A DNA stretch of 64,000 nt. Origin: the human T2T-CHM13v2.0 reference genome, Homo sapiens. A program made the translations under genes and the position numbers. Positions 1 to 14,089 of this stretch are shown here, in pieces (the stretch's first letter is position 1; every line of letters begins with the position of its first letter). The stretch lies in the NCBI RefSeq assembly GCF_009914755.1, contig NC_060946.1. One strand, 5' to 3'. The notes under the pieces are model-generated. The model was not told the DNA's origin. It saw only the letters and a list, made by a program, of their open reading frames with translations, and did not search any database.

Positions 1-3000
1 TTTGATTCCATTCAATTCCATTCGATGATGATTCCTTAAGAGTCCATTTGATGATTCCATTCGATTCCATTCGATGATGTTTCCATGCGAGTCCATTCAA
101 TGATTTCATTTGAGTGCATTCGACGATTCTGTTCGATTCTATTCAATGATGATTCCATTCGAGTCCCTTCGTTGATTCCATTCAATTCCATTATATGATG
201 ACTGAATTCGGTTTCATTCGATGACGATTCCAATGGATTCCATTTGATTTCTCCATTCGATTCCATTCCTTGCTGATACCATTCGATTTCATTAGATGAT
301 GACTCCATTAGATTCCATTCGATGATGATTTCTTTAGATTACATTCAATGACGATTCCATTCGATTCTATTCAATGATTAATTCTGTTCAATTCAATTCG
401 ATGATTCCATTCGATTCCATTAATGATGATTCCCTTTGATTCCTGTCAATAAGGAGTCCATTCACTTCCATTCGATGTTTCCATTCGATTCCATTCGATG
501 ATGATTCCATTCATGTCCGTTAGATCATTCCATTCAAATCCATTTGATGATTCCATTCCATTCCATTCGATGATGATTCCAATCAAGTCTATTCGATGAT
601 TCCACTTGATTCCATTCAATGATGGTTCCATTCGTGTCCATTCGATAATTCAATAGGATTTCATTCGATGATGACTACAATCAATTCTATTCGATGATTC
701 CATTAGATTCCATTTGATGATGATTCCATTTGAGTCCATTCGATGATTCCATTCAATTCTATTCGATGATGATTCCATTCGAGTCATTCGATGGTTCCAT
801 TCAAATACATTCGATGATGATTCCATTCCATTCCACTCGATGATTCCATTCTATTCCATTCGATGACGATTCCTTTTGAGTCCATTCGATGATTCCATTT
901 GATTTCATTCGATGATTATTCCATTTCAGTCCATTTGGTGATTCCATTCAAATGCATTTGATTGTTTTCGATTTTATTCAATGATGATTCCATTCGAGTC
1001 CATTCAATGATTCCTTTTGATTCCATTCTATGATGATTCCATTCGTGTCCATTAGATGATTACATTTGATTCCATTTGATGATTATTCCATTTGATTCCA
1101 TTCGATGATTCCATTTGATTCCATTTTCCAATGGTTATATATGAGTCCATTCGATGATTCCACTCGATTCTATACGATGATTATTCCATTTGATTCCATT
1201 TGATGATTCCATTCTATTCCATTTGATGATGATTCCATTCGTGTACAATAGATGATTCCATTTGATTGCATTCGATGATGATTCTATTCCTGTCCATTCG
1301 ATGATTCCATTTAATTCCATTCCATGATGATTCCATTCTATTCCATTCAATGATGATTCCATTCGGATCTATTTGATGATTCCATTGGATTCCATTTGAT
1401 GCTGATTCCATTCTATTCCATTCAATGATGATTCCATTCGGGTCCATTCAATGATTCTATTCGATTCCATTTGATAATTCCATTCAATTCCATTTGATGA
1501 TGATTCCATTCACGACCATTCGATGATTCCATTCAATTCATTCGAAGATGATTCCATTCAATTCCATTCGATGATTCCATTAGATCCCATTTGATGATGA
1601 TTCCATTCGATTCCATTTGATGATGATTAAATGCAATTCCATTCGTTGATGGTTGCATTTGAATCCATTCAGTGATTGCAATCGAATCCATTCGATAATT
1701 CCTTTCGATTCCCTTCAAAGTTGATTCCATTCGAGTCCATTCCATAATTCCATTCAATTCCATTCTCTGATGATTCCATTCGAGTCCACTCGATGATTTC
1801 ATTCAATTCCAGTCAAAGATGATTCCATTCGATTCCATTCCATGATGATTGCATTCGATTCCATTTGATGATTCCCTTCTATTCCATTCAAAGTTGATTC
1901 CATTCGAGTCCATTCAATAATTCCATTCGATTCCTTTCTCCGATGATTCCATTTGAGTCCATTCGATGATTCAATTCAATTCCAGTTGATGATGATTCCA
2001 TGCGATTACATTCAATGATGATTCCTTTCAGGTCAATTCGATGATTATTCCATTGGATTCCATTTACTGCTTCCATTAGATAACATTCGAGGATGATTGC
2101 ATTCGTGTCCATACGATGATTCCATTTGAGTCCATTTGATGATTCCATTCGATTCCATTCGATGATGACTGCACTCGGTTCCATTCATTGATGATTCCAA
2201 CGGATTCCATTTGATGACTCCATTCGATTCCATTCATTGATGATTCCATTTGATTCCTTTAGATGATGATTCCATTCAACGATGATTCCGTTTGAGTCCA
2301 TTCGATGATTACATTCAATTCCATTCAAAGATTTCTTTTGATTCCACTCGATGTTGATTCCATATGAGTATAATTGATGATTCCATTTGAGTGCATTCCA
2401 TGATTCCTTTCGATTCCATCTGATGATGTTTCCATTCAAGTCCATTCGATGATTCCATTTGATTTCACTCGATGATGATTCCATTTGATTCCTTTCGATG
2501 ATTTCATTCGATTCCATTCGGTGATGATTCCATTCGAGTCCATTCGATGATTCCATTCGAGTCCTTTTGATATTCCACTTTTTTCTATTCGATGATGATT
2601 CCATTGGATTCCATTTGTTGATGTTTCCATTTGATTCCATTCGATGATGATTCCATTCAATTGCATTCGATGATAATTCCATTTGATTCCATTAGATGAT
2701 GATTCCATTCGATTTCATTCAATGATTCTATTTGATTCCATTCGATGATGATTCTATTCTATTTCATTCGATGATTCCATTCGATTCCATTAGATGATGA
2801 TTCCATTCGATTCCATTCGATGATGACTCCATTCGATTGCATTCGATGATTATTCCATTCGTGTCCAGTCGACAATTCCATTCGATTCCATTCGATGATG
2901 ATTCCATTCAAGTCCATTCGATGATTCCATTCGATTCAATTCAATGATGATTCCATTCGATTCCATTCGATAATTCCATTCGATTCCATTCAATGATTCC

Positions 3001-6000
3001 AATGGATTCCATTTGATGATGATTCCATTGTTGTCCATTCGATGATTCCATTCAATTCCACTGGATGATGATTCCATTCGAGTGCATTCGATGTTTCCAA
3101 TCAATTCCATTCAATGATGATTCCATTCGATTCCATCCGATGACTCTATTCGATTCCATTCTATAATGATTCCCTTCGAGTCCATTTGATGATTCAATTC
3201 GAGTCCTTTCAATGATTCCATTTGATTTCATTCGATGATGATTCCGTTCGAGTCCATTTGACACTTCCCTTCGAGTCCATTTGATGATTCCATTCGAGTC
3301 CAATTGATGATTCCATTCAATTCTATTCTGTGATGTTTCCGTATGATTCCATTCGATGATGATTCCATGTGATTCCTTTCAATGATGATTCCTTTTGATT
3401 CCATTTGATTATGATTCATTTCCAGTTCATTCGACGATTCCACATGATTCCATTCGATGATGATTCCATTTGAGTCCATTCGATGATTCCTTTCGATTCC
3501 ATTAGAAGATGATTCCATTCGATTCTGTTCATTGGTAATCCCATTCAATTCCATTCAATGATTCCATTCCATTCCAATCAACAATAATTCCATTTGATTC
3601 CATTCGATGATTCCATTCGATTCTATTTGATTCTATTCGATGATGATTCCATTCGATTCCATTCGATGATGATTGCCTTCAATTCCATTCAATGATTCCA
3701 TTCGATTCCATTCAATGACGATTCGGTTTGATTCCATTTGAGTCAATTTGATGATTCCATTTGATTCCATTTGATGATGATTCCATTTGAGTCCATTCGA
3801 TGATTCCATTCGAGTCCATTCAATGATACCATTCGAGTCCATTTGATGATTCCATTTGATGATAATTCCATTCGTGTCCATTCGATGATTCCATTCGAGT
3901 CCATTCGATAATTCCATTTGATTCCTTTCGATGAATCCATTCGATTCTATTTGATGTTTCCATTTGAGTCCATTTGTTCATTCCATTCGTGTCCATTCGA
4001 TGATTCCATTCGATTCCATTTGATGATGATCCCATTGGATTCCATTCGATGATGATTCCATTCGAGTCCATTTGATGATTCCGTTTGATTTCATTAAATG
4101 ATGATTCCATTTGAGTCCATTCGATGGTTCCATTCTATTCCATTCGATGAGGATTCCCTTCAAATCCATTTGATGATTTTATTCAAGTCCATTCAGTGAT
4201 TGCTTTCGATTCCATTTGATGATGATTCTCTTTGATTCCATTTGATGATGATTCCATTCGATGTCATTCTATGATTCCATTCGATTCCATGCGATGTTGA
4301 TTGTATTTGATTCCATTCGATTATTCTATTCGATTATTTTTGATGATGATTCCATTCGATTCCATTCAGTGATTCCAGTTGATTACATTTGATGATGATT
4401 CCTTTCTATTCTATTCGATGATTCCATTTGATTCCAATCGATGGTGATTCCATTCGAGTCCATTCAATGGTTATTCTATTTGATTCCATTAGATGATTCC
4501 ATTCGATGATGATTGCATTCGATTCCATTTGATGATTCCCTTCGATTCCATTCAAAGTTGATTCCATCGAGTCCATTCAATAATTCCATTCGATTCCATT
4601 CTCTGATGATTCCATTTGAGTCCGTTCGATGATTCCATTCAATTCCAGTTGATGATGATTCCATTGGAGTCCATTCAATGATATCATTGGATTGCATTTG
4701 ATGATGATTCCTTTTGAGCCCATTCTATGATGATTCCATTCGAGTCCTTTCAATGATGATTACATTCGGGTCCATTCAATGATATTTCCATTCGAGTCTA
4801 TTCGATGATTCCATGGGATTCCATTTGATGGTGACTCCTTTCGGTTCCATTCGATGATGATTCTATTTGAATCCATTTGATGATTCCTCTCGATTCCATT
4901 CGATGACTCTGTTCAATCCCATTTGATGTTTCCCTTTGATTGCCTTAGATGATCATTCCATTTGATTCAATTTGGTGATTCCATTCGATGGTGATTCCAT
5001 TCGATTCCATTTAATGATGATTCCATTCGATTCCATTTGATGATGATTCCGTTCAATTCGATTCGATGATGATTCCACTCAAGCCCATTCGATTATTCCA
5101 TTCGAGTCCATTCGATGATTCCATTAGATTCCATTCGATGATGATTCCATTCGATGCCATTCGATGATTCCGTTCGATTCAATTCAATGATCATTCCATT
5201 CATGTTCATTCGATGATTCCTTTGGATTCCATTTAATGATGAGTCCATTCGAGTCCATTCCATGATTCCATTCAATTCCATTCACTGATGATTCCATCCG
5301 AATCCATTCGATGATTCCATTTGATTCCCTTCAATGATTCCATTTGATCCCATTTGATGATTCCCTTCGATTCCATTCGATGATCTTTCCATTCGATTCA
5401 ATTCGATGATTCCATTTGATTCCATTCAATGATGATTCCATTCGATTCAATTCGATGATGTTTCCATTCGATTCCATTCGATTATGAGTCCATTCGATTC
5501 CATTTGATGATTACTCCGTTTGGTTCCATTTAATGATGATTTCATTCAGTTCCATTTGATGATGATTCCTTTAGATTCCATTAGATGATTCCATTTGATT
5601 ACATTTATTGATGACTCCATTTGATTCCATTCAATGATGAATCCATTCGATTCCATTTGATGATGATTCCATGCGATTCCATTCAATGATGATTCCATTT
5701 GATTCCATTCGATGATGATTCCATTTGATTACATTCAATGATGATTCCATTTGATTCCATTCAATGATGATTCCATTTGATTTCATTTGATGATGATTCC
5801 TTTCGAGTCCATTCGATGATGATTCCATTCATGTCCATTCGATGATGACGCTTTTTGATTCCATTCAATGATGACTCCATTCGATTCCATTTTATGAAGA
5901 TTCCATTTGATTCCATTCGATGATGATTCCATTCAAGTCCATTGGATGATGATGCCTTTCGATTCCATTCAAGTCCATTGGATGATGATGCCTTTCGATT

Positions 6001-6090
6001 CCATTCAATGATGACTCCATTTGATTCCATTTGATGATGATTCCATTTGATTCCATTCGATGATAATTCCTTTCTACTCCATTCGATGAT
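1..6090 (+). repeat. Diverged human satellite 2 (HSat2/HSATII) array
   Basis: Continuous (ATTCCATTCG)n units with ATG/ATGATG spacers and GAGTCC variants, giving 23/26-bp periodicity. Frequent CpG decay (TTCG to TTTG/TTCA). Confidence 0.95.
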
Positions 6091-6385
6091 GATTCCATTC
6101 CATTCCATTCCACTACATTCCATTGCATCCGATTCCATTCCACTGCATTCCACTCCTCTCCTCTCCACTCCACTACACTCCATTGTATTCCATTCCATTC
6201 TATTGCACTGCTTTCCATTCCATTCCTTTCTTTCAAGAGTGTCTCACTCTGTCACCCATCCTGTAGCACAATGGCACAATCTCATCTCCGATTCCATTCC
6301 ATTCCTCTCCATTCAATTCCATTCGATTCAATTCCATTCAATTCCATTGCATTCCATTCTATTCCATTCCTTTCCATTCCATTCG
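6091..6385 (+). repeat. (CATTC)n HSat3-like simple pentamer tract at the satellite/island junction
   Basis: Pure CATTC/CACTC pentamers without GATGAT spacers, interrupted by a short Alu fragment. Confidence 0.85.
6227..6289 (-). mobile_element. Alu right-arm 3' fragment embedded in (CATTC)n
   Basis: tttcaagagtgtctcactctgtcacccatcctgtagcacaatggcacaatctca resembles antisense Alu TTTGAGACAGAGTCTCACTCTGTCACCCAGGCTGGAGTGCAATGGCACAATCTCAGC. Confidence 0.8.
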
Positions 6386-6389
6386 AAAA

Positions 6390-7560
6390 AGAAAAAGAGT
6401 TGCAAAGTCATACTCACTTTTCTGCTCTTGTCAGACAATTAAGGGTTCTTTGAATACTTCAGCCCTAATAATTTTCTTTTTATCATACATATTGCAGTGC
6501 TTATCTAATTTTAAATATCTTTTTGTTTCAACACCCAGTTTCTTATTTGTTCTATATGTATGTTTACAATATATTTTACTCTGTGTTCATTCTTTGATTT
6601 CAGAACTTCAACTTTTCTGAAGCATATTTTCAGAGTTTCTCTTTAGTTTCTTTAGTGGAATTCTGCTGGTGGCATTTTGTTTTTTGTCTCTAAATATGTT
6701 ATTTAGCCATAGGTTGATGAATATTTTTCTTTGTTTGGAAATTCAGAATGGTATTATTATTCTTAACAAATAATATTATTTATTTTACCTTTCATGCTTT
6801 CAGATTTCAATATGATTAAAAGTAATTTCATTTTTCTAGTGCTAATTGAAATTTTTTTCCCTTCCTGGTTGTTTACTATTTCTCTGGGAGATACATAGGT
6901 GTAGGTTTATCTCCATTGTAGCTTGCTTAGCATGCATGGAATTCTTGAATATGCAGATTAGTGTCTTACAAGTCTAGGGAACTTTCAGCCAAAATACCAT
7001 CACATATTGTCCATTCCCAGTTCCCTTGTTCTATGAGAACACTCCCTAAACACATGCTACAGTTTCTTACTGTATCTTCCATGTCTCTTCATCATTCTCT
7101 CCACATTTTACATTTTTTAAAATTTTCTGTAATGAATTCTGAAATATTTATGAACTCTCACCATGGCCATGTCTAATCTGATGAGTTCATTTTTGAGTTT
7201 TTAATTTAAAATAAGTATATTTTATACAAACTACTTTTCAAATTTGCTACATGAAATTTTTAGTCTCCTAACAATATATTCATTTTTTAAAAAATTTTTT
7301 GAAAGCAAATGTGCTTTATAATCTAACAGTGATATTTCTACTAATGAACCTTTGTGGATCTGTTTGTACTCTTTTTCTGCTTTCCTTTCAAATGGTGGAA
7401 TATCATTTCCTTGCATACTTAGATGCCTTTGAATGACAAATATTTATTTTTCTCTGAAAATTATTTTTGTGCACTTTTGCGGATTAGTAAGTAGAAAATT
7501 TGCCAAAGAGAATTTAATTTTTTTGTGATTCTACTAAAGGCACCACCATTCTGGGACCAC
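6390..7560 (-). mobile_element. Old L1M fragments (ORF1/ORF2 start region), antisense
   Basis: T-rich degenerate sequence with L1M-like motifs. The minus strand near 6400-6470 resembles the L1 endonuclease GDFNTPL...RQK region. Boundaries approximate. Confidence 0.5.
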
Positions 7561-9669
7561 ATTATGTTAATTCTTGGCCTAAAGGTGTTTGGACGTATAT
7601 TTGGACTGCACATTTAAACAATTTTTAAATTAGTTGCTGTAAATCATTAACGATTGAGTTTCTTTAAATCTGTCCAATCTCAAGTCATTTTTATTTGCCA
7701 TTTCCAGGGAATGTGAAATGGGACTAATTTACCTCTGATTCTTCTTTATACTGAGGATAGAAATTTTGGTCCTAGCTTTAGGGAGGAGCTCCTGTGTGAT
7801 GCCCTATCTTGGGGAAAACTATGTATTTCTTTACTGTCCTATGTGATGTATGACAGTAGGAATCTGCACTCATTCATTTTGCTACATGTGCGTAGGGCAA
7901 AATCAGTTTTGGTGTTTAGTTATATTTTGTCTGCTACCTGCATTCCCATGGTTTTGATCTTATATTTTACTTTTATTTGTGAACATACCAGTGCTTCAAA
8001 TTTTTTCCAGTAATATATTCAACTATATTATGAGAAAGAGAAAAATGTTGATAAAACACAAATTTCATGTTTTCCTTCTCTAATTGGCTTTTACTTAAAA
8101 ATACAGGTAAAATTTATTTGTGATTTTTGCTATTTCTGTTTTGCTATTCTCTGTTTGTCTATGTCTTCTCCACATAGACATAATTAGGGAATTTTGTACA
8201 CTCTTGTGCCAACTGCTTTGACAGTAACAAAATGTATTTCTCGAACTCCTAGGTATAAAATTCAAGTATCCACAATTTAAATTCTTTTTCCCTCACTTCT
8301 ATTATGTTTCCAGTCTCAATAGAAATCGATGCCAATCCAGAAATACAAGCATTATTCTAATACTTCTCACACATTACAGGTATAGATTAAATTTTCTAGA
8401 TCTCCTTAAATACTATCATTTTTCACTACTTGTATCTTAACTGTTGAGTTCAACATTTTCTATAATATTAATATGTTGTGAAAATTTCCTTACATTATTA
8501 TTTGTCCCAAGTTCAAGGTTTTGCAGTCTCTACCTCACCCTGTGAAGCATAAACATTGTACTATGCTGTACAAATATTACATAGTTCATGTGCTTAGAGA
8601 TTTCACAATTTTTATTTGGTTGACAATAGCTAATGTTTTCTTCTTCATTTTCTATTTCCTGATTTTTCCTTATTTAGTATATGCTACATTATCTTAAAAA
8701 TAAGAAAGTTTTACAAACTAAAGCAAAAGAAACAGTAGGAAAAAAATGCACAAATAAAATATATAAACATACAATTAGATGTACCATGTACCCTTCAAAT
8801 TTATTTAGACATTTCATTGTAGTACAATTTTAATTAAAGTCTGTGTATTGTCTGCCATCGTCTTAGTATTTTTTATATAACAAACTGTAAATCAAAAAGC
8901 CTCAACGTCATTATAAACTATCTTGGCAGAGGTTGATGTCCAAGGAATAATTTCTCTCCCAAATTATGTCAATCAGAATTTCACTCTACCATAATTCTTT
9001 TAATCAGTTTCAGAGGAAACATAAATTTCAAAATTGTTCAAGGTAGTTGTTGTTGTTCAAGTACATTTTGACAGGTGTAAAACTGTAGACAGACTGATAT
9101 AAACATATTCTAATTGACACAAAAGTATATGGGACGTATTTTAAAATCTAGACTTTAAAATGTCGTATCAACGTACACATGTTCTCCTTGTGAAATAATT
9201 GCTTTTTATTCTCTGGAAAGAATAATTTAATCTTTAAACCTTCAATTCACTGTTAAAAACAAAATATTACATAAGGATATGCTTATAAAAATAATTGCAA
9301 CTAGCTTTTCAATTCAGAAATATATGTGAAAAATCATCAAGCATCCAATGGATTTCAAGGAGAAATGGGTTAGTAATTTATTCCATATGTCTCAATTTTC
9401 CCTAGATTCAAGACTTCCTTTAAAATAATTGTAGGCGTTTAAGAAACCATGTAAACTAAAAAGAAGAAATTGTGACACTGCCGCTTAGGTTTTTTAAATC
9501 TTTGGACATGAATCAATATACTTTTTAATTTTATCTTACTTAGACATTGTGAGTTCACCATTTTCCTGTCAGTATAGCATCCAAGCTGATTATCATAGAT
9601 CACAAGTTACACTATCAACTGTGTTCTGAGACTATAAAAAATTAAATGAATGTATTTCTTTGGGTATTC

Positions 9670-10046
9670 TTAAAGCAGGAGTGAGGACACAGTGAAAGTG
9701 AGACAAGGAAGAGAGAACAAAATAAAACAGGAAAGATAGAAAAGCCAGTACCACACGTGTTAAGAGGCAAGTTCCTGTGTTAGATATCTGGGCTTAATTC
9801 TATGGGAAGCTATGTGGAACATGCCTCAGAATTACATCACTGAATCCAGGGAGATTCTTCTTAGTTACCCTCACCTTTTCTTCCCACTTCATGCCCAGTA
9901 TCAAGCTCCCGTGCTGCTAGAGAAAGTCCTCAGCTAGAAACAGCTGCAAATTCTGGAGATGAGAACTTGTAGAGTGTTAAGAATGGTTTTCTTCCCAGCA
10001 GCTACAGGTAAGGAATAGGGGCTGGGCTATTAATACATCTGCTACA
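9670..10046 (-). mobile_element. MaLR LTR, MLT1H/I/J-like
   Basis: Minus strand begins TGTAGCAGATG. Internal gaacatgcctcagaatt and gggcttaattctatggga motifs are typical of old MLT1 LTRs. Confidence 0.55.
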
Positions 10047-12814
10047 AATCAATATACCCCTTTGCTCCTTTTGGTGATCGACAATGTATTTAAAAATATT
10101 AGATGATCAAGAAGGGCTGCAGAAAGGAGGAAACAGAAACAAACAGCACACCTCTTGGTTTATTTTTATTCATTTCATCTGTTTCAAGGAAAATGTTTTG
10201 GGAGTTCCTGGCATAGAGAATGTCACAAAGATATGTTTTCAATAGTGGTGCTATCCCTAGGGCAGAGAAGATCCAGAGAAATCCCAAGTGGCTGCTGGAA
10301 CAAAGTCAGACACCGTGCCACCTGTCCACACTCCTTGGCTCTGCCATCATGCTGAAGATCGGTTTAAAGGGCTGGCTTCCCTCCCAGCAAAATTTAAAGA
10401 GCACAAACTGAGAAACTGAATATGGGAGACAGCAGTGGATTATGCTGTTCTCAGGGGTCGCCTCAGCTTTTGAAGCATTCTTTCAAATTAACCCATCTCA
10501 GGCCATCTGCAGAGAAGAAAGGTGGTACCTAACTTTTTTTCTTGTCAGCACTTGGTAGGGGTGTTTTGTTGACCAACTATGTTCCCACAACCTAGTTTTT
10601 TGAAACTAACTAAATATAGTAGATTTTTAAATTTTATCATCAAAATCTATAGACAATTTTTTATTAAAATAGGCTCCACATCTATGTCCTGCTTTTCTTC
10701 TTATTAATTACATTGCTGTATAAAAGAACAAGACTTCAGAATCAAGAATATCTTGTCTTCTGGCATTGAATTTATACAAGGTGCTCTTTCTTTAATGCTG
10801 TCTCAAAGGACATATTTTTACTCATTAAAAAGGAAGATCAGAATCTAGTTGTATGCACTGCTCCAACATATTAATAATTAAAATTAGGAGGTAAATGTGG
10901 TCAAAGCTATAGAAAGACTGAGATGTCATTTATACTGATTACTGTATAGCACTCTACAAACAGAAATTGTGAAATAATAGTTTATATAAATATTTTGTAG
11001 CATTTCAAATATTTGAGTGCCTGAAGTTTCTCCTCTTATATAGTTCAGATTATCAATTTGAAGACTTACTCCGCTGGTTAAAAGTTTTTAGTCTCGTTTG
11101 AGTATTATATAAAAGCAATTTTCAGTTAAATGTGTTCCGCTTACATAAAACATTACTAATTAGTGAGTATTTAATTACATTTTCGTGTTCTTGTAATGCC
11201 TTTAGAAGATTTTCATATTATTACCTATCAATATATGTATGCTTTGTCTAAGAAAAATCAATCATATGCATCATTGAAATTGAAACATTTTAAAAGTACA
11301 TATTAATTCTATCGAAAAACCACATCCATAGGAGCAATTACAATATAATATTGTGAACATGTAAATATATATCCTGTCTATTTTATATATAAGCATATGT
11401 GATTAAAAATATAGTTAAGAATTTTTAAACCTAGTATTATAAAGTAAAAATTAGTTAAACTTCTGATGATTATTTGTTAATTAAGATAAAATTATTTTGA
11501 TTTGGGTGATTTTAAATGAACAAAAATATTAAATTACATGACAAAAATTATTTATAAAATGTTTATGATTTTTACATTGGTTTTATCACTTTATTCCACT
11601 ATTTTATTTTAAGATGACCTGCCTTGTTTAAAACACTGTATTCATCTTAATTTAATTAAATTTCATTTGTAAAAAAATTAACAAATGATTTGCTCTATTA
11701 TACAGTGCAGTTATAAACTGAGTCAGTATCTCAAGATTTGATCCCCATTATCGTCATCCATGGCCCTATTTGTTTGATATATGTAGTGTCTTTTTCCATG
11801 CCTGTCACATCTCTATTTCTCATTTATTTTTCTCCTTGTCCCTTATAGGGAGCATTGCCTATCTCTAGATTAAGCAAAATTTGCCTCTTAAAAAAGCACA
11901 ATAACCTGCTCAATCTTTCTCACACAGAGAAATGTTTGTTAAGTAATTAAAGTGTAGATGATGATACAAAGAGCTTGATTAAATAAGATGCCAAAGTACC
12001 CTGGTGATTCAGAATATGAATGGTATTTAATGCCTTTGAAATCAATAATTGCTGAGTGACATTAATTAATGCCAATATTTCAGAAGTTGTTCTGGTTAGT
12101 GAAATGTGTACAACATGTAAAAATTTCCGAACTCTGAAGGGCAACATTATTCTATAATTAAGAATTAAGAATTAATTCACATTAATTATTGGGGAGAAAT
12201 AATTTTAAGAATTAATGACTGACTGAGAAAATGTTTTTATTTTTTATTTAGAAAATTATTTTGTGCATGAGCATTACTGCAAGTTTTGCAAGAAACATAA
12301 ATTTATAGAAAACATTATGTGCACAAGATGATTTTAATAACATCTTGATATTTTCCACTATTAACAGTTGTATTTGGTAAATCTTTAAATACCCATCATC
12401 TAAAGATAATAAATGAATCTTGGAAATCTTGTAGGTAAGGGTAAATATAAGGATGCATCCAATTACATTTACACACACATACAATTACATTTACACAAAC
12501 ATACATGCACAGACTCTCACTGATACAGGTATGCATATATATACATGAATTTACCAATTGATTTTAACTAATATTTATAAGAGTCTGTAGGATTGATATA
12601 TATTGTTGAACCTGAAAAATATTTATTATATACCTGTTTAAAATACACAAAGAAATAAATAGTAATTGCACTAGGCATTTGAAACTGTACTTATATATAA
12701 GCTGTGAACATTTTGTGATCATTACAAATTATTACACTGAATAAATATTTTTATTTTTATAATAATATGTTTGATACATGTGTACATTTTTTTAAATGTA
12801 TTATTTTTGTCATA

Positions 12815-13152
12815 GAGTCAGGTCATGTATAATAACATTTCAAAGATGGATTACATATACAAAAGTGGTCCCATGAGATTATAATACATATTTTTACATA
12901 CTTTTCTATGTTTAAGTATGTTTAGATACATAAACTCTTACCACTGTGTTTTTATTGCCTGCAGTATTCAGTATAGTAATGTAGTACACAGGTTTGTAGC
13001 CTAGGAGAGAGAGGTTATACCATATAACCTAAACGTAGTAGGCTGTACAAACTAGGTGTTTGTAATATTCTCTCTGACGTTTGCAAAATGATGAAATTGC
13101 CTATGGATGCATCTGTTAGAACGTATCCCTGTCATTCAGTGATTTGTGACTG
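12815..13152 (+). mobile_element. Tigger3a (MER7A) non-autonomous TcMar DNA transposon, near full length
   Basis: Matches recalled consensus throughout: ggtcccatgagattataatac, caggtttgtagcctaggag, agaacgtatccctgtc...tgactg end. Confidence 0.85.
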
Positions 13153-13709
13153 TGCTAAAATGCTAAATCTAAGTTTCAATGACCTCCATAAAATTGTTGT
13201 ACTGTGAAATACAAATCTCTCACCTATGGCCTGAATATGTTTGCAAACTAAGCAGATCATGGGAAGGAGAATGTGCTGGCATCGCTGGGAAGATTTTCTC
13301 ACACTACATGAATAATATCTCCAGACTTTGCGAATATGAGCCACTTGCATAGAGTTAAATAAGCATCTCTTTGCTGGGAAATTTATCAAATGGGAGTATG
13401 AAGTGTTTTTAAAAGATACTTGTTTGTTTGTAGACAGTAGGCCTACAGTGGCTCATGGCAATGGTTGAGGTTGCTAAGATTTGGTGGAAGGAGGAAAAAT
13501 GAAATGGCCACTTATATGGTATATGGATCACTTGTTTCTGTTGAGTTACAGATTCAGCTGGCTATTTCTCCCAATGTTAGTTATTTGGAGAAAAAAACAT
13601 GATGGTAATTTTGGTGTAACAAATACAATATTTGATGAAAGCAAATTTATTGAGGGTTAGACAAACTACAAGATAATTTAGGCTGCAAAGTCAACACGAG
13701 ACTTCTGGC

Positions 13710-14052
13710 CCAAATTGTGCAGAGTTTGGGTCCAGCTGCAAAGTTCAAAGGAAGAGGCCATATAAGATGATTCGCACTTTTGTCACCAACTGCCAGTTCA
13801 GGGGTTTCCCCAGAACACCCTCAGTTTCAAGAATTTACTAAAAAGATACACAGAACTCATTGAATGCCATTGTACTCATGGTTTATAATAGAGAAAGGGT
13901 AGAAATTAGGACCAATCAAAGGAAGAGACATATCACATAAGGTGGAATCTAGGAGGATTTTGAATAAGTTTCCATTGTCTTCAGGACATATTACCTGTCA
14001 TTGTTGTACAGCAATAAACATGGAGTACTACCAACCTGGGGAGCTCACCTGA
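13710..14052 (-). mobile_element. MER21-family LTR fragment (MER21C-like)
   Basis: cacttttgtcaccaactgc, cacagaactcattgaa, ggagtactaccaacctggggagctcacc match the MER21 pattern. Confidence 0.65.
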
Positions 14053-14089
14053 TGCTAAAAAGACACTATTTTGAAAATGAAAAGACAAA

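Noticed and set aside
1-6453. Many ORFs (MESSSNGIEWNHRM...) in the left satellite
   Set aside because: These are translations of the stop-poor GGAAT/ATC repeat strand, occur in all frames, and show no coding signal.
6411-6470. Minus-strand exon ending in GTGAGTA
   Set aside because: No polypyrimidine tract; the sequence is better explained as a degenerate L1 endonuclease region.
10150-10550. Non-repetitive, GC-richer patch with short ORFs
   Set aside because: No recognisable protein or RNA family; cannot be supported without a database search.
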